64,000 bases of DNA from Spirochaetia bacterium (GTDB lineage Bacteria; Spirochaetota; Spirochaetia; UBA9216). The position numbers were made by a program, and so were the translations under genes. Within the stretch, counting starts at the first letter, position 1; each line of letters opens with the position of its first letter. Shown here piece by piece: positions 61,501 through 64,000 of this stretch. The stretch covers positions 64,001-128,000 of the forward strand of contig OY776510.1 in NCBI GenBank assembly GCA_963675665.1, in the 5' to 3' direction. The notes under the pieces were generated by a model that saw nothing but the letters and a program-made list of their open reading frames with translations, ran no database searches and had not been told where the DNA came from.

Positions 61501-61890
61501 ATGGGAAATATAAACTCAACATTAAGACTGAGAATGTCGCATAAAGACGCACATTACGGAGGGAGCCTTATCGACGGGGCCCATATGGTTCATCTGTTCG
61601 GAGATCTGGCCACCGAGCTTCTGATAATTCTTGACGGCGACGAAGGCCTCTTTCTTCGATACGATGAGGTTGAATTCCTGGCCCCGGTATATGCGGGAGA
61701 CTACATAGAAGTATACGGGGAAATAACCGGGATCGGAAACACATCCAGAACAATGGAATTCACGGCAAAGAAGGTTGTTGCGGCACGACCTGACATCAGC
61801 CCGTCAGCCGCTGATGCACTTGACGAACCGATAACCGTAGTAAGGGCTAAAGGTGTCTGCGTAACACCGAAAGAATCAAAGCGGAAATAA
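61501..61890 (+). CDS. kal: 3-aminobutyryl-CoA ammonia-lyase (hotdog fold)
   Basis: RLRMS..DAHYGG.L.DGA...LFGD.ATEL.I..DGDEGLF..Y..VEFLAPV.AGD. Confidence 0.9.
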   Translation: MGNINSTLRLRMSHKDAHYGGSLIDGAHMVHLFGDLATELLIILDGDEGLFLRYDEVEFLAPVYAGDYIEVYGEITGIGNTSRTMEFTAKKVVAARPDISPSAADALDEPITVVRAKGVCVTPKESKRK

Positions 61891-61932
61891 TTACAGCAAC
61901 GTTTTAAGGATTTGCAGTTGCTCAGGCAAGTC

Positions 61933-61969
61933 GCCGGTTTCAACCTGGTTGCTTTCGGTTGAAACCGGC
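61933..61969. terminator. Stem-loop between the convergent kal and pheT genes
   Basis: 13-bp stem GCCGGTTTCAACC...GGTTGAAACCGGC. Confidence 0.65.
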
Positions 61970-61989
61970 AATTTATATTATTGCCGTTA

Positions 61990-64000
61990 TCACCCCTGTT
62001 TAAGCGGGTAACCGGCTTTGTCAAGCTCAGCTACAATCCTGTCTTCAGCAGATCTCAGAAAATCAGGAGTCAGTGTCTTGTCCCGATCAAGCAGCCAGGA
62101 ACGCAGTGTTACTGTTTTATTTGTTTCAGACAGCGGGTAAACATCGACAATTTTTGTATCAACAAGTTCCTTCATCTTCACTTTTCCAAGGACAGCCAGA
62201 ACATCGGCAACCGGAGCAGCGGTATCGGCAACAACAGTACAATCGAAGGTTGAGCCGGGAAATTTCGGAAGAGGCTGATATCTGGTCTTGTCACTGACAG
62301 GCCTGTCCATGAAATCAGTAATATCAAGTACCGCCATAACAAGATTGCCCTTGATTTTAAAGTTTCTGCACATCAGCGGATGAACTGTTCCGATAAAACC
62401 GCAGTTTTTGCCCATAACCATTATATCAAGGAACTCGTTCGGATGCCGGCCGACCCAGTCGGAAGCAACAAGAGGGTTTTTAAATTTTGCAGTCGGGGGT
62501 TGAATCCGGGCATTAAGACTCAGATTCTCAAGCAAGTCTCCCATCAGGTTCACGACTTCCATAAAAGGCGAACCGTTCCTGTCATGATAGATGATTCCAA
62601 GCTGGTGCCGTTCCTCACTGAAATTTTCATCTGATTCCAGATAGCTTCTGCCTAGTTCGAACAGTCTGAATCTGGAATGAAATTTCTGGTTGAACGCTGC
62701 TTTCTCTATAAGCGACGGCACAAGAGAAGGCCGCATTCTGTCAGTCTCCGGGCTGAGCGCATTTGCAAGAACAAGCCCCTCATTCAGAACATTCCATCCG
62801 GCCTGTTCCAGCAGTTTTGCCCCGGTGAGCGGATAACTGTAAATTTCAAGCGCCCTGCCCCGATAAACCATAAAGTCCATGATACTGCGTTCCATTGTCC
62901 TGGCGGAGCTCAGGGATACAGCGGTAACTTCATTGTGAGGAGCTACAGGAACAAGTTTGTCATAACCGTAAATTCTGCCGATATCTTCTATCAGATCAGC
63001 ATCAACCTCAACATCTTTTGTTGAACGGTATGAAGGAACAGTAACTTTCAGAACTTTATCGCCCGGTCCTATCACGTAATCAAGCGATTCAAGTATACGT
63101 ATTACTTCGTCCTGCTCCAGTTTCGTTCCAAGAATGGAATTTACCCGGGCAAGGGTTAAATCAATAACCAGCGGCGGAGAAAGTTCCAGACGATCAGACA
63201 CAAGCGGCCCGACGACTTTCGCCTGCGGACAGCTTTCCTGCAACAGTTCCAGAATCCTCAGCGCCGTACGTTCAAGCTGATGACTGTCCAGCGACTTCTC
63301 GTAACGCTGAGACGCATCGGTCCTCAATCCCAGTCTGGTTGAGGTATGGCGGATCCGTTCAGGTTTCCAGTTGGCTACTTCTATAAAAACACGGCTTGTA
63401 TCATCTTTAACGCTTGACGTGAGCCCGCCCATAATACCGCCGATTGATGAAGGCCCTTCAGCATCGCACACCATCGTGTCCGAAGGAATCATTTTCCGCT
63501 CAACTTCATCAAGGGTTATAAAAATTGAATCTTCACCGTTTTCGCGGACGATTATCTTTCCCCCGCAGATTGTATCACGATCAAAAATATGGTTCGGCAT
63601 ACCCTGTTCAAGCATCACGTAGTTTGAAATATCAACTATATTATTGATAGGCCTCATCCCGCAGGCTGTAAGGCGCTGCTGCATCCAGACGGGGCTCGGC
63701 TTAATCTCAACATTATCAACACTCAAGCCCAGGAATCCCAGGCATGCGCAGTCTTCCTGCACCTCAATTGTTACGGGAGGAACCGAATCGTTATAAAACG
63801 CGCGCATTTTCTCAATCCATGCATCGTCAAAAGGTTTCGCAAGCGGCTTTCCGAACGCGGCGGCAAACTCGCGCGCCATACCGTAATGCCCCCAGAGGTC
63901 GGGGCGGTGAGTAATTGATTTATTATCAATATCAAGCAGAACATCGTGCTTGATCTGCATCAGCTGTGCCAGTGTAACGCCCACAGCCGCGTCGGACGGA
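61990..64000 (-). CDS. pheT: Phenylalanine-tRNA ligase beta subunit, 5' end outside the window
   Basis: ITHRPDLWG..G.ARE, RPINNIVDISNYVMLE.G.P.H.FD, TDASQRYEK, DLIED.GRIYGY and the C-terminal FDX-ACB domain. Confidence 0.93.
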   Translation of the reverse strand, partial: PSDAAVGVTLAQLMQIKHDVLLDIDNKSITHRPDLWGHYGMAREFAAAFGKPLAKPFDDAWIEKMRAFYNDSVPPVTIEVQEDCACLGFLGLSVDNVEIKPSPVWMQQRLTACGMRPINNIVDISNYVMLEQGMPNHIFDRDTICGGKIIVRENGEDSIFITLDEVERKMIPSDTMVCDAEGPSSIGGIMGGLTSSVKDDTSRVFIEVANWKPERIRHTSTRLGLRTDASQRYEKSLDSHQLERTALRILELLQESCPQAKVVGPLVSDRLELSPPLVIDLTLARVNSILGTKLEQDEVIRILESLDYVIGPGDKVLKVTVPSYRSTKDVEVDADLIEDIGRIYGYDKLVPVAPHNEVTAVSLSSARTMERSIMDFMVYRGRALEIYSYPLTGAKLLEQAGWNVLNEGLVLANALSPETDRMRPSLVPSLIEKAAFNQKFHSRFRLFELGRSYLESDENFSEERHQLGIIYHDRNGSPFMEVVNLMGDLLENLSLNARIQPPTAKFKNPLVASDWVGRHPNEFLDIMVMGKNCGFIGTVHPLMCRNFKIKGNLVMAVLDITDFMDRPVSDKTRYQPLPKFPGSTFDCTVVADTAAPVADVLAVLGKVKMKELVDTKIVDVYPLSETNKTVTLRSWLLDRDKTLTPDFLRSAEDRIVAELDKAGYPLKQG

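Overview
A chromosomal window from a free-living anaerobic spirochaete (16S signature and 'AGGQQE'-type binding-protein N-terminus). From left to right it contains: an L-arabinose-type ABC operon under a sigma54 promoter, with a divergent NtrC-like regulator and a soluble kinase whose sensor is a sugar-ABC ATPase-like domain; an AraC/UroD-family/epimerase locus; two tandem paralogous lipoproteins; tRNA-Ile2(CAT) followed by a decayed integrative island (integrase stub, SLATT/DUF4231 stub, TIR gene, frameshifted PfkB-like gene); two unrelated IS66 elements; a complete 16S-tRNA-Ala-23S-5S operon on the minus strand with three tandem promoters; a phospholipase D locus; an IS481-like element with a 15-bp target duplication; ilvBN with an unannotated, apparently leaderless Val-rich attenuator peptide; moaA-moaC-mog, suhB and cidA/lrgB; an ECF sigma/anti-sigma/exported caspase trio; parEC; a sigma54-controlled beta-lysine degradation cluster (kamDE, kce, kdd, kal, kamB, CoA transferase) that lacks kamA but adds an M20 amidohydrolase and an NhaC-family transporter; and most of pheT. 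The strongest candidates for undescribed biology are (1) a probable N-epsilon-acetyl-beta-lysine (osmolyte) catabolic pathway and (2) the ABC-NBD-PAS-histidine kinase fusion. All family calls come from motif recognition by eye; no database search was run.
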